From: Lepidodermella squamata
Lineage: Eukaryota; Animalia; Gastrotricha
Assembly: GCA_047495785.1 (NCBI GenBank)
Contig: JBLDXI010000011.1
Location: 1,736,001 to 1,800,000, forward strand
Direction: 5' to 3'
Length of the DNA: 64,000 bases
This document shows, piece after piece, positions 1-11,440 of this stretch. The notes below the pieces were generated by a model, which ran no database searches, was not told the origin of the DNA, and worked only from the letters and a program-made list of their open reading frames with translations. Both the position numbers and the translations under genes were made by a program. Numbering within the stretch: position 1 is the stretch's first letter; the number at the start of each line of letters is the position of its first letter.

Positions 1-1170
1 CAATGAAGTCTGCGACTGGCAATTTGTTCGGTAATGCTGCGTCCCAATAACCGTCATCAAAACAACGAACAAGTGCCAGATGAGAAACGGCCCAACTGTC
101 ATTAACATCAGAGAGTACCCCTGAGTATCAATAGACCTTCTATGGTAGCCATCAATGTACTTCAAAATCGTGTATTGATCTCGGCTGTACTGAAGAACGA
201 AAAATTGCCAGTATACCATAAATAGGGCAACAAACAGGCTGAGGATAACATGGACGAATTTCGTCCAGCCTGCGCTGCAATTTTTCGCGTAGACGGCCAC
301 ATCTTCGTTCACCGACGGTTCCGGTACTGGACTGGGATCGAGTTTCCATTTGTGATTGAGAATATCAATTAAATGAGTGATGAGTATCAGGATTGAAAAC
401 ACTATTACGGAAATTTCTAGGTTCGCCAAAGAGATCGCGCCTTGGTAGTCGTATTTATCAAATAGGTACTTATAACTCATCCTTCCAACCTCGTCACTGT
501 CCACGAAAAAGTAGATCATAATGACGAGGGATGAAATCTGAATCAGCGTGTCGACAACGTAAGATACACGAATTACGATTAGTTGCAAATTGGTCTCGTA
601 GCGATCTCTCAAAGCTAGAGCGTAGACAAAGCAACCGTGGGCGAAACTCGCGAAAATCGGCCAAAACATCGGAGTAACCACGTCGTAGCAGTCCGTTATG
701 CATTTGCAGTAGATATCAGCATCATAGTTCGAAGTTGTCATTGGAGGGCGGCTTTCTGGTGTAGTCGGTGCCAGGTACTTGTCGCAGTTTGTTATGCAGG
801 CTGAATTGGCTAGATAGCCTAAAGCAACAGCTAAAATCAGCGCGATATTGACTACACTGAATAGGCAGTTGAAGACTTTCGTCGTTGTTGCTAGCCATTT
901 TATTTTGAAAATGGGCGATCCGCGTATTCCGGGGAATTTCAGCAACTCTTTTCGCTTAGCTTCCCGTGAAATGTCGCGGTCGACGTATCTCCCTCCGCCG
1001 GGGGACACCAGGATTACTCGCTGGTAGGGCTGGGGGACGGCATATTGCTGGGGCGGATAAACAGGCTGGCCTATTACGATCGGATCCGGCTGCTGATACT
1101 GATTTTGATGAGGAGGAACAACTTGCTCGTAAGATGGTGGTTGGTCATTGATAGACGTTGGTTGAGCCAT
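1..1170 (-). CDS. TM0: intronless multi-pass membrane protein paralogue, 3' end beyond the window edge
   Basis: Manual translation from ATG 1170 (MAQPTSINDQPPSYEQ...KELLKFPGIRGSPIFK...MFWPIFASFAHGCFVY...HYRTNCQSQTSL) gives 390 stop-free codons down to base 1, colinear with 2021..3583. Absent from the ORF track, presumably because its stop lies outside the window. Confidence 0.88.
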   Translation of the reverse strand, partial: MAQPTSINDQPPSYEQVVPPHQNQYQQPDPIVIGQPVYPPQQYAVPQPYQRVILVSPGGGRYVDRDISREAKRKELLKFPGIRGSPIFKIKWLATTTKVFNCLFSVVNIALILAVALGYLANSACITNCDKYLAPTTPESRPPMTTSNYDADIYCKCITDCYDVVTPMFWPIFASFAHGCFVYALALRDRYETNLQLIVIRVSYVVDTLIQISSLVIMIYFFVDSDEVGRMSYKYLFDKYDYQGAISLANLEISVIVFSILILITHLIDILNHKWKLDPSPVPEPSVNEDVAVYAKNCSAGWTKFVHVILSLFVALFMVYWQFFVLQYSRDQYTILKYIDGYHRRSIDTQGYSLMLMTVGPFLIWHLFVVLMTVIGTQHYRTNCQSQTSL

Positions 1171-2020
1171 CTGGTTCTTGGTTAAAATAAAAAGAGACCT
1201 CTTTCCGCTTCCTTTATTGGATGCTGATTATTCATCCGCTTATCGCGTATTTGATAGGGCTGTCTCGGTCTCACTCAATTCGTGCCTAGGTTTTTCGCTG
1301 ATATGAGACACGAGTAATGAGTTGGCGAGCGGGAGTTGATTATAACTCCATCGGTTCATTCGAGCGCTGTCATTCATAAAGTCAGTCAATTTTGATGCAG
1401 GAGTGATGGGAATAGGCTGAAATTGTAGGGAAACCTCGCGATTCTCATTTTCATTGCGTACCTCAGAATTAACGCAGCTGAGATACTCGCAGGAAATCGA
1501 CTTCAAAACGAATCATTTGTGAAAGGCGGCGCCCGTATGTTGCAATTGCCGCACGATTTAGCGGCGGGTAACTTGAAATTTGTTGGCGCATTTTTTGGTA
1601 ATTTTATAAGTACCACATTAAGTAACTCCGGCCATTATTGTTGAAGGCTAGGTGAATGAACTGTTCCGTAATGCGTTGACGACGTGAGAAGTGCCGCTCA
1701 GCTGAGGTCATGAATATCATCCAATAAATTGAAAATCCGGCTTTCGAACGATAATGAAGATAACCAAATTATATTAAATTATTCGTGGTTACTGATCCCG
1801 TTGACATTGTCCGATTTCTGGTACGATGCAGGGAAGCTACTGCATTGCACGTGTTATTAGTAGTTAAATCAGTAATATTCAATGCGTTGTATAGAACTTT
1901 CAATGCAAATCTTAAGGTTTTATGGTCATCAGGATAACAGCAAGCGTTTACAGTGATTTGGTACAAAGGTTTATACATAATAAAATAAGAATCTGGAAAT
2001 CAAAACTTCAGCTCATGTCG

Positions 2021-3583
2021 TCAAGACTTGACCTCAGGATCATTTGGAATGACCGGGTATTGAACAACAGGTTGGGCAGAATTACCAATGACATAGACCC
2101 CCTGAGGGAGAGAGCCATACATTGGGGCTGTCGCAGGAAGCTGCTGACGATGCGATGAATGCTCGTCAAACTTTCCAGACGAGTAAAATGCAGTTGTAGC
2201 AGCCGCGAGACGTTCGTGCTCTTCGCTTGAATCACAACGACAGCATGGGCCAGGGAAACGCCTCATGCCGAAATCTACGACCCAGAATAGGAACGACAAC
2301 GTGATGACAATCGGCTCTACCCATCTGTTGCCCATGGCTCCAAAAGCCCAGCTACTACCTAGCATAACAAGTAAAATGATGGTTTCGACGATGAAGAATG
2401 CTAAAGAGGTCTGCGATTGACAGTTCGTTCGGTAATGCTGCGTCCCAATCACTGTCATCAAAACAACGAACAAGTGCCAGATTTGGAAAGGCGCAACGAT
2501 CATCATCAACAGCGTTTGCATTATCGTATCTTGACTCCTGTTATACGAGGGTGGGTTGTAACTATACTGATCAATATAGCGCAAAATCGTGCTTTGATCT
2601 CGGTTGTACTCAACAGCGAAAAATTGCCAATAGACCATGAATAAGGCAGCAAAAAGGCTGAACATTACATGTGCGAATTTTGTCCAGCCAGGACTTACAG
2701 CCCCGCAGTTTTTCGGGTAGACAGTCACGTCTTCACTCACCAGAGGCTGTGGCACTGGGCTGTGCTCGTACTTCCATTTATGATTGAGGACATCAATCAA
2801 ATGGATGAGAAGTAACAAGCTCGAAAACGCAATAACGGCTATTTCCAGGTTTGAAAGAGAAATTGCGCCACTGTAGTCGTAATAGTAAAATCTGTACTTA
2901 TGACTTCTCCCAACCTCGTCGCTGTCCACGAAGAAGTAGACCATGGTTGCCAAGGAAGAAATCTGAATCAACGTGTCCAAGACGTAAAGTGCGCCAATAT
3001 TGACAACTTGCGACTGGGTTTCGTATCGATCTTTCAAGGCTAAACCATAGACGAAGCAGCCGTGGATGAAACTCGCGAAAATCGGCCAAAACATTGGGGA
3101 AACAACATTGTAACAATCGGTAATGCATTTAGTGTAGATATCAGCATCCAGCCGAGATGTTGTCATTGAATGATGGTTTCGCGGTGTTGTCGGGGCGAGA
3201 TATATGTCACAGTTTTTAATGCAGGCCGAGTTGAAGAAGTAGACAAAGGCTACAGCGAGAATCAGTGCGATATTGACAACACTGAAAAGGCAGTTGAAGA
3301 CCTTTGTCGCTGTTGCGAGGCCTAGGCTCTTGAAAATGGGAGATCCGCGAATCCCTGGGAACTTCAGCAGCTCCTTTCGCTTAGCTTCCCAGGATCCACT
3401 TCTGTCAAGATAGGTCCCACCGTAGGGTGACACTACGACAACCTGTTGGTAAGGTTGACCGACCACATATTGCTGGGGCGGATAACCAGGCTGGCCGGGG
3501 ATAATCGGTCCCGGTTGCTGATGCTGAGGCGAAACAGCTTGGTATGCTGGCGGTTGGTCATAGGCGTAAGTTGGCTGAGCCAT
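2021..3583 (-). CDS. TM1: 520-aa intronless membrane protein with Pro/Gln/Tyr-rich PPxY N-tail and about 8 TM helices as two 4-TM repeats (MARVEL/MYADM-like architecture inferred)
   Basis: Long ORF conserved in three paralogues. Eight hydrophobic segments. The two halves resemble each other (TKVFNCLFS/TKFAHVMFS; RYETQSQ..LYVLDTLI/HYRTNCQSQ..FFIVETII; LEIAV..HLIDV/VEPIV..WVVDF). Confidence 0.9.
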   Translation of the reverse strand: MAQPTYAYDQPPAYQAVSPQHQQPGPIIPGQPGYPPQQYVVGQPYQQVVVVSPYGGTYLDRSGSWEAKRKELLKFPGIRGSPIFKSLGLATATKVFNCLFSVVNIALILAVAFVYFFNSACIKNCDIYLAPTTPRNHHSMTTSRLDADIYTKCITDCYNVVSPMFWPIFASFIHGCFVYGLALKDRYETQSQVVNIGALYVLDTLIQISSLATMVYFFVDSDEVGRSHKYRFYYYDYSGAISLSNLEIAVIAFSSLLLLIHLIDVLNHKWKYEHSPVPQPLVSEDVTVYPKNCGAVSPGWTKFAHVMFSLFAALFMVYWQFFAVEYNRDQSTILRYIDQYSYNPPSYNRSQDTIMQTLLMMIVAPFQIWHLFVVLMTVIGTQHYRTNCQSQTSLAFFIVETIILLVMLGSSWAFGAMGNRWVEPIVITLSFLFWVVDFGMRRFPGPCCRCDSSEEHERLAAATTAFYSSGKFDEHSSHRQQLPATAPMYGSLPQGVYVIGNSAQPVVQYPVIPNDPEVKS

Positions 3584-3929
3584 CTTTCTATTTTGTTTCT
3601 GGTAGATAAATGACCTTTATTGCTATTGCTCGCTATTCATTCGCTTATTCATCAGTTTGCTTATCGTATATGCGCCGACGACGACGTTCTTCGGCTTATC
3701 TTACCGCGGTTCTCAGCCACGCCCGGTTTGGCTGAGGATATTTGGAAACTTCCGAACTCATGCCCTCTGCGTAGAAGAGATTTGACATTATTTGTTCGGC
3801 AGGTTGTATGTATGTATATTTACGTTGGATTCGCGCTAAGGCGGTCTTCCATCCAACGGACGCAGATGGGCGCGCCGAGGTAAGGTGGCGAGTTACCTCT
3901 TCTTTGAGTAGACAAAATCGTCCACGTAT

Positions 3930-4290
3930 TCTGCTTTCAGCAGAACTCTCAGAAGTTGATCTCTGAGGGTCTTCGGGTTTTCGGAAGACCTGATTGATGG
4001 CGGCAAGTCATTCCACTTGCTAGCAGCACGAAATCGAAAGCTGAGATGGTGAGCTTGTCGAGGGATTTCGACGCCATCAGAGCTGCTAAGCCTGGTTTTG
4101 TGATCGTGGTTTATTGATCAAGTTCTTGATGAGAGTAGGTGCTTGAGAGTACAAACATTTCCAAACTAGAGTCATTTCGTGAATTAGGCGTTTTCCGTCG
4201 ATTGGTAGCCAACCTAGCTGTTTGAGGAGAGCGGTGGCGTCGAACGAGTATGGTTTGTTAAGCAGAGCTCTAATTGCCTTAGCAAGGTTA
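3930..4290 (-). mobile_element. 3' fragment of a CR1/L2-type non-LTR retrotransposon ORF2
   Basis: LKQLGWLPIDGKR...WKCLYSQAPTLI followed by SFRFRAASKWNDLP, matching the conserved post-RT C-terminus of L2/CR1-group LINEs. Confidence 0.7.
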
Positions 4291-5405
4291 GCAAGGCAAG
4301 AATGAGTAACAATAATTAGGAAAAAATCCCTGATTGCAACGCGAGAAATCTGTAGCAAGATTCGTCATGTTTTAAATAGATTTTAAAAAATGCGACCGTC
4401 CTCAGAAAAAGCAATGCAATTGTTTACGATTTGTCTTTAGGTAAACACAAATTTTAACATTGACCCGGCGCTGGTTTTCTTCCAAATGCGCCACGTGCTT
4501 GCGTCACACTTGCTTTACACGAAGGTTCAAGATTGAATCCTCAATATTTTTTCATTTTACATTTCCAGAAAATCAGGACAAATCAAAAAAGATATTCGCT
4601 CCAAGTATCTGAATGTAGATCTCAATTTCACCTATTTGGACCGTGTAAAAACTGGTTCAATTTCGACCTAAGCATTGATGAATTAATTGCTTTTATGTTA
4701 AACGCCAAAATCATTTTCTAAAGATTCGAGTACCTTACATGGCTGTGAAAAATACAAAAAAATAACAGCGTTCATCGTGATTTTAACTATTTGGAACCAA
4801 CAACCCATCTTCGTGCCTTTTTTACTATAGGTCACTTTGTCGGCAGAATCAACAGTATTATCTCCATGGCATGAATTCGAAAGGGCACTAAAAGTATTAT
4901 AATATGAAACAAAAAATCACTCAATCGCAAGCAAAATGGCAAGAAGTAAATGCGTGCATGAGGAATCGAACCATAGCGGTGCGATATTGATGCCAAACTT
5001 TGTCCACGCTTAAAAAGAAAAATCGCCAAAAAAATGGATGCAAGCACGGGGACTCGAACCACTCTATGTAAAAACACCATAACACAAAAACAAAAAAGTA
5101 CAAAACAGTACTATATCCAACGCATGTCTCGATGGCGCGAAAATGGAGCATCACCGGTAAAAATGGCCGGCGCCATTCGATACGCCATTCCAGGCGCTTC
5201 CGAATTTCACTCATGGATAAAAAGTCAAACCGTTTCTCCTTTCTGCAAAACGTGAAGGTTAAAGTAAGGAGAATGATTGTTTTATTCTTACATTATTTCA
5301 TCGAAATTATGATAATAAAAACGCTCAAAATTATTTATCAATTCTGTTATTAGTTACTCCAGGGATATTTTGCTGGTGGGAATTATACTTGCCAAAGACG
5401 ATATT

Positions 5406-8209
5406 TTAATATTTCGTGCACGCATCAATGTCATAAATACCAAAAGTATAGCCTTGAGTGTTAAATTGGAAGCCACTTGGCGCTGTTATAAGTGAGCAGC
5501 ACGCTGCAAAACTTGAAGCCCCGTATGTACCGTCTGTGGTAACCTGAATGCAAAAAAGAAAACTGGCATTACAATTAAGCAAAGCAAAAAATGTGAAAAT
5601 TACCAATGTTTTCGTAACGGCAACCCCTAAGCTTAAGTAGGCAGTGTATGGGAAGCGGACACAACTAGCTATTGTTGCTCCAGTGTCGCTTAAACCTGTT
5701 ATCTTGTATGGCGCATCACTGTCAACCTTTTGAAAACACGCCATAAGAGGCGGATTGCCATAACCAGGGCTTGGAACCATTTCGTATATAACACCATAGC
5801 CAATTCTCATAGCATTACAGCCATAGATAAAGGTTAAGATGTGAAACTGTCTATCCTCTAATGTTGTCAAAATCTCGCGGTGCAAAGGTCACCATCTGCT
5901 AAGTAAACAAAAACGTGCTTTTATTATAGCAACGCGTGGCTAGACCAAAGCATTAAAAAAAGGTCATTTTTTCTCTCATTTCTACGAAAACTGTCTCCTC
6001 CAAAATGAATGAAAATGATACAACTGATAGCAATTTTTGCTAGCTTTCAAATGAATCCAAGCTCGTCGCGCCCCAAAATAGAGAAGCCGCGCTATTGTTA
6101 GACAAAAGCGGTCGCAAAATTTCGAAATTGACATTTTTTGACATTTCATTCCGGGACGGTAAATTTCAAAATTATGAATACAAAAATTCCAAGAAAATAT
6201 GCATAATTCACGTCTCATTGAGATCTATCTCCAGGTGTAATTTTTAAGAAAATCCGACCCGGCTATCAATTTCTGGAAATTGCGGTTATTGGTGGAGAAA
6301 GCTAGACTAAAGCACACTTACATTAAATATTTTGTAATTGCGCGATGCGACAGGCGTAGTATACCATGACCAATTTCGCCTTATTCGCCGTAGTCACTAC
6401 TCAGACTGCCATTATCTCCTCGTATTTCTACCAAATTTAATGGAAATTGGATAAATAATTCATTCAATGTCGGGGAATTATATGGGGAAATCGTCGATCG
6501 TCGAGATTCGAAGCGTGATCCACAAACCTGAAAATTAAATTGTGTATCAAATTTAGCGTAGCAAATTATCTTTGCCTGTTCAATTAGGGCTGATTTTTGA
6601 AATTAGAAGATCGCGTGATGCGTTTGCCTTTGTAAATGGTCAATTCTATAGACTGGAAAGTCATTTGTACGTAAATCAAAAAAATTAATAAGCAGTGTTA
6701 CGTCATTTTTTTCAACATGTGAATCGCGGATAAAAGCTGTACACTCTAATGAATCTACCGTACCGCCCGAAAAGTTACTCAACCTCGTACAGCCATACAT
6801 TTCGGGCAATACGGTATCAAAAAATCCTATTAAAATCTTTGCTATAACTCGAATTAAAAATCTCAATGAGACGTGAATTATGCATATTTTCTTGGAATTT
6901 TTGTATTCATAATTTTGAAATTTACCGTCCCGGAATGAAATGTCAAAAAATGTCAATTTCGAAATTTTGCGACCGCTTTTGTCTAACAATAGCGCGGCTT
7001 CTCTATTTTGGGGCGCGACGAGCTTGGATTCATTTGAAAGCTAGCAAAAATTGCTATCAGTTGTATCATTTTCATTCATTTTGGAGGAGACAGTTTTCGT
7101 AGAAATGAGAGAAAAAATGACCTTTTTTTAATGCTTTGGTCTAGCCACGCGTTGCTATAATAAAAGCACGTTTTTGTTTACTTAGCAGATGGTGACCTTT
7201 GCACCGCGAGATTTTGACAACATTAGAGGATAGACAGTTTCACATCTTAACCTTTATCTATGATTACAGCAGTCCGCAAATGATGAAAACGTATTTGGCG
7301 AGGCAGTATAATCCTGAAAATGTACAGCTAGGACATCGAAGTTCATTTGTAACTTCTTACCGCTGTATTATATCGAATGACTGAGTCACATGCCCCGCCA
7401 TTCGATGTGCAGAATGGGACGTTGCTTTTCGAGACCGTGGAATCGCCTTGTGTCTGTATTATCTTGCACAGCTTGTAGACAGTCTGCATTGTATACCAAT
7501 TCAAAGTTTATTAAAGTATTATGCTATTGTTGGAAGTTTCGCAACTTACTGGACTTGAGCAAGTTTGGCCACTGGGGCAATTTGTTGATCCGCTCGGAAT
7601 ACAATTGTTCGAAGAAGTGTCGCAAATATTGGCGGTCGGAGTACATGACTGACCGGTTGGACACGAGGAATATCCAGTGTTAGGCACGCACATGCTTGTT
7701 GCTGCATTGCATACGTTGGCTGATGCCACACAGGAAGACCCAGAGCTACACGGATTGCTTGTCGATAAACACGACTGACCAGTTGGGCAAGTCGGAGAGC
7801 TAGAAGGACTGCTTGGCGCTAAACATGACTGGCCACTGGGGCACGGATTGCTTGTCGATAGACACGACTGACCAGTTGGGCAAGTCGGAGAGCTACAAGG
7901 ACTGCTTGGTGCTAAACATGACTGGCCACTGGGGCACGGATTGCTTGTCGATAAACAGGATAGGCCAGTAGAGCACGGATTGCTTGTCGATAAACAGGAC
8001 TGACCAGTAGGGCAAGTCGACGAGCTACACGGGCTGCTGGTCGATAAACTGGTTGTTGATAAACAGGACTGGCCACTGGGGCACGGATTGCTTCTCGATA
8101 GACAGGATTGGCCACTAGGGCAAGTCAAACTGAAGGTTATGCTCGACACAGGGCAAGCTGTAACAACAGCACAGGCAGCCGCGAGAATGGCAAGAATGAA
8201 GAATCCCAT
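5406..8209 (-). pseudogene. A1: secreted Cys-rich family member interrupted by a transposon in exon 3
   Basis: Exons 8209-7550, 7483-7361, 7313-7263 plus 5813-5604, and 5543-5406. GT-AG phase-0 introns of 66, 47 and 60 nt. Removing the element and one TSD restores a 261-nt exon 3, the same length as in A2 and A3. With the element in place the frame ends at ...CCNHR*. Confidence 0.88.
5822..7262. mobile_element. Non-autonomous foldback DNA transposon, probably P superfamily
   Basis: 403-bp TIRs at 5822-6224 and 6860-7262 (identical mirror ORFs in the track), CATAGATAAAGG termini, 8-bp TSD ATTACAGC at 5814-5821 and 7263-7270. No transposase in the 635-bp spacer. Confidence 0.9.
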
Positions 8210-8318
8210 GTGATGTCGAACCGAAGCGAAGTTTTGCAATAAGAAGAAAAATATCCTCAAAGGCTGAGAAGATTACCAAGAAGCTCAAGTTGTGAAAAAA
8301 ATGACAGGCTTCGTCTGC

Positions 8319-8326
8319 TTATATAC
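8319..8326 (-). promoter_or_regulatory. Putative TATA box of A-subfamily genes
   Basis: GTATATAA about 110 nt upstream of the A1 ATG. Equivalent motif upstream of A2 (14787-14794) and A3 (GTATATAT, 54467-54474). Confidence 0.55.
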
Positions 8327-8339
8327 ATACGCTCAGATT

Positions 8340-10700
8340 TAAAATTAGCACCAAGCACATTAGTAACAAAAATAATTGCCCAAGAACGCCCACCTACTTT
8401 GCCCAATTGCCACATTCTTTGCTCACGTGAGGCATGATCAGGTAGCTTCATTTTTCGTACATTCGACGCCAGGCCGCAAAAACAGGGGGTCCTCAACAAC
8501 GTCGATGCCGTCAACAACGAGATGTTGGTTCTCAACGCCTACAATTTTCATTGCGCTTCTTACCTGCGTAATTTATATTCTAAAAGAAATGGACAGCTTT
8601 TTTATCGCATCTTAGGAACAAAAGCTTTAAGATGTAGCAGAGATAATTACCTAGGATTTTATGGGAGAAGGCAAACAACTGGGTTAGCATTTTTTTCCAA
8701 ACACTGTGCTCTCTCTATATATGCTAAGGTGTACACTTTTCAATGGGTAATTAAGCACCTGCAGTGTCTCACGCACACATCCAAGTACTTTCAAAATTAT
8801 AAAGTTGAATAAGTCTACCAATTTATTATTTAAAATCCCGTAAATCTACATGGGCTCCCTATCGGACGCGGCGATTGCATTTGTCTTTACCCGGTTAAAA
8901 TCGGATGAAAATCATGGAGGAATGAATTTTCGAAAATTGGCACCGGGCACTTAATCATTAGTAAAAAAAAAGTTGGGTCACACGAATCACCCAAGCACGC
9001 CCACGTGCCACATACTTTGGCCACGTTTAGCATGTACAAGTAGCTTCATTCCTCGTACATTTACGGCAACAAAAAAACTGGGTCCTCAACATCGGCATTG
9101 CCCTCAACATTGTGATGATGGTGCTCAACGCCTAAAGTTCTTATTGTGCTTTTATCTGCGTAATTTATTTCACAAAAAACGGAGAGTTTTTGTTCAAATC
9201 TCAAGGAAAAACTGGCAGCTTCGGTGACATCAACTTAAATGTAACCAGCCCTGCTTCGCTTTCTAAATATTTGAAACTGTTTCTAGTTTCTGCTGGTCTT
9301 TCTCATCGAAGCGTATCCCTGTTTCCGGCTCCACCGAAGGGGCAAGCGACCACATTGTTATCAGCATGGTGATTGAAATGGAAACGATGAAATCAACTGC
9401 AAACCACGTACACCATCGAAAAGGGACTTAAAACTCATTAGAGTTAATCGAATGCTCTGCGAAAACGTCTCATCTACCCGACCCATACTTCTAGCAACGC
9501 GGAAAACTTGCTAAAAACGTTCAACATAGCGACCGCAGAAGCCAATGAAATGGTGGTACCTGAATTTCCAGTGAGAAGCAGATCATAATAACCTCGGGAA
9601 CGAACAGAACGCAACAGAGCATGCTGTTCGTCCGCGTACAAATGGAAATCGCCTAACGACGCCAAAGCGAAGTGCGGAGAGCCATGAAAACTTTTCATTT
9701 CGTGATCAGATTTCGGCGGCAAGTGATCAGGTCTACTACTTCGTCATCTCAACAGGAAACGCTGACCCGGCAGTTTCTCGAACAGTTTTTTTAAGATTTG
9801 AATTCGGTGTGGTCTCTAAAGGCGAGGCCTGACCGCTAATCTCTGCCGCTGGCAGCTCTGACTAAAGCGCCACGTGGTCGAAATGCGAAGGCTGGAACGG
9901 CGCAGAAGTTCGATGATACAACTAAACTCGCTGGCGAGATTCAGAGACTGGCATCTCACCGTCGTAATGCAAGGTTGTTATCTACCGAAAGAACCCGTGT
10001 CGTAACCTGCGAATTTCCGTCGCCAGTTTGCCGTGGTCGCCATGATATTACGTTGGACGTGGTCGAGGGTCTCATGCAGATAGCGAAGGACCACCAGAGA
10101 TGGTTCGGATGATCCTTACCCTTTCAATCACGGTTAACTCAATCAATGACTGTAGGGAGGACCCTTATGTTGATATTCTTTATCCTTACCAGTTCTGCTG
10201 TCCTACTTCGCACGCTGATCTCACGGCGGTCGTGCGGCTCTAGTGGTGGGCTCGGTGTTGAAATCTCCGCTCAGCGATGCGCGAGGAGCAACACTCGATT
10301 AAACACAGCTTGTTCACATGACTGTTTAGTTTCTAGAATAGGATGAATCGGATAGATTGTCGTATAAATAAAGTCACTTTTCCTTTAAATACTTATTATA
10401 CCTTTCAGATGCTTTTAGTCACATTTTTGGTTGTTGGATGAAGCAGATTTTGATTACTTTTATTAATTTGCTGTACTGTTTTCTCTGATTTATGCTCAGT
10501 AAATAAAATAATGAATCAAACTGACAGAAGTTTTAAGATTTAGCAAAGATATTAAAAAGGGTTTTATGACTGTGGAGAAAAAACTGGGTCAGCATCTAAA
10601 TAGCTAAACGAGTTGACAAAGTTAGGTCTCCAGCTTGCGTTCCTTATCAAGCCATATTCATAAAAATAATGAAAACATGTTTACAAAAGGTAATTACAAA
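8340..10700. repeat. Duplicated upstream block of A genes
   Basis: Colinear similarity with about 14810-16300 (A2), 54490-55700 plus 57050-58080 (A3) and 61610-62160 (A4). Shared motifs include aattgccc, cccacctactttgccca and gatgatggtgctcaacgcc. Confidence 0.8.
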
Positions 10701-10869
10701 AAAAAAAACAATTCTGTCCCACAAATTTGCCGGGAAGTAGTATTTAGGAAAGAATTTAGTAGTATTTAAGAAGTAGCCAGGTGCATAATTCCTACTTTTC
10801 TTTTGAGTCCGGGTAATTCCAGAGATTTTATCGAATTTCCGAATTCGAATTACAAGGTTCGGCAGAGAA

Positions 10870-11105
10870 AACGGTAGTCCGAGGAGGAATCAAATTGGTA
10901 CTTATAACTCCTTTAAACTTCGCCACTGTCCACAAACAAGCAAATCATTGTGACTGTGGGTTAAAATCTGAATCAATGTTTCGAAAATGTAAGATGAGCG
11001 ATTATTTGCGACCTGCTTCCGTCACGATCTTTCAAGGCTAGAGCGTAGACAAAACAGCTTGCGAAAATGGATCAAACCATCGGAGTAACCACGTCATAGC
11101 AACCC
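10870..11105 (-). pseudogene. Degenerate relic of a TM0-like membrane gene
   Basis: ggtacttataactc...actgtccac...aaatctgaatca...aggctagagcgtagacaaa...catcggagtaaccacgtc aligns to about 465-690 with deletions. Confidence 0.8.
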
Positions 11106-11440
11106 ATGTCAAGTTTGTTCACTGGTTTCCTTGAATGCGATGTGAAAGATGCTCCTTGGAGGGTATAGTCGGACGTACTAGTTTTGTTGTATAGGCTGAT
11201 TCCTGATGGCCGAATTAGGAATTTGTTTGCTTTGGAACTTCACAAGCTCGCTCTGACGCACGCTACAAGAGCTCGAGCCACTTAATAATTAACCTTCGAC
11301 CAACTGTCCCGATGCGTATTTGAAGTTTTACTGCAAATATGTTCCCGCTTGATGAACATCATAATATCAGCAAGCATTCACAGTGATTGCAAACTGTTAT
11401 ATTAAAGTATAAATCTCGAAAAAATCATCAGTTAATGTCG

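Noticed and set aside
1-1170. TM0 as a pseudogene because the track shows no long ORF
   Set aside because: The frame is open for 390 codons and simply runs off the window.
5982-7102. Two identical 78-aa ORFs on opposite strands, and the MHREILTT... ORF starts
   Set aside because: Mirror artefacts of the transposon TIRs. The same applies to 30121..30321 and 34264..34470.
5822-7270. Transposon in A1 being spliced out as an intron
   Set aside because: The candidate donors in the TSD and TIR, combined with the nearest acceptors I tried, all give in-frame stops.
7508-7513. TAA TAA apparently truncating A1
   Set aside because: These stops lie inside the 66-nt intron 1 (GTAAGT...CAG, 7549-7484), whose position is conserved across the family.
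7550-8140. Antifreeze-protein or metallothionein call for the Cys repeats
   Set aside because: No regular TxT face, Pro-rich, and attached to a signal peptide and a separate globular core.
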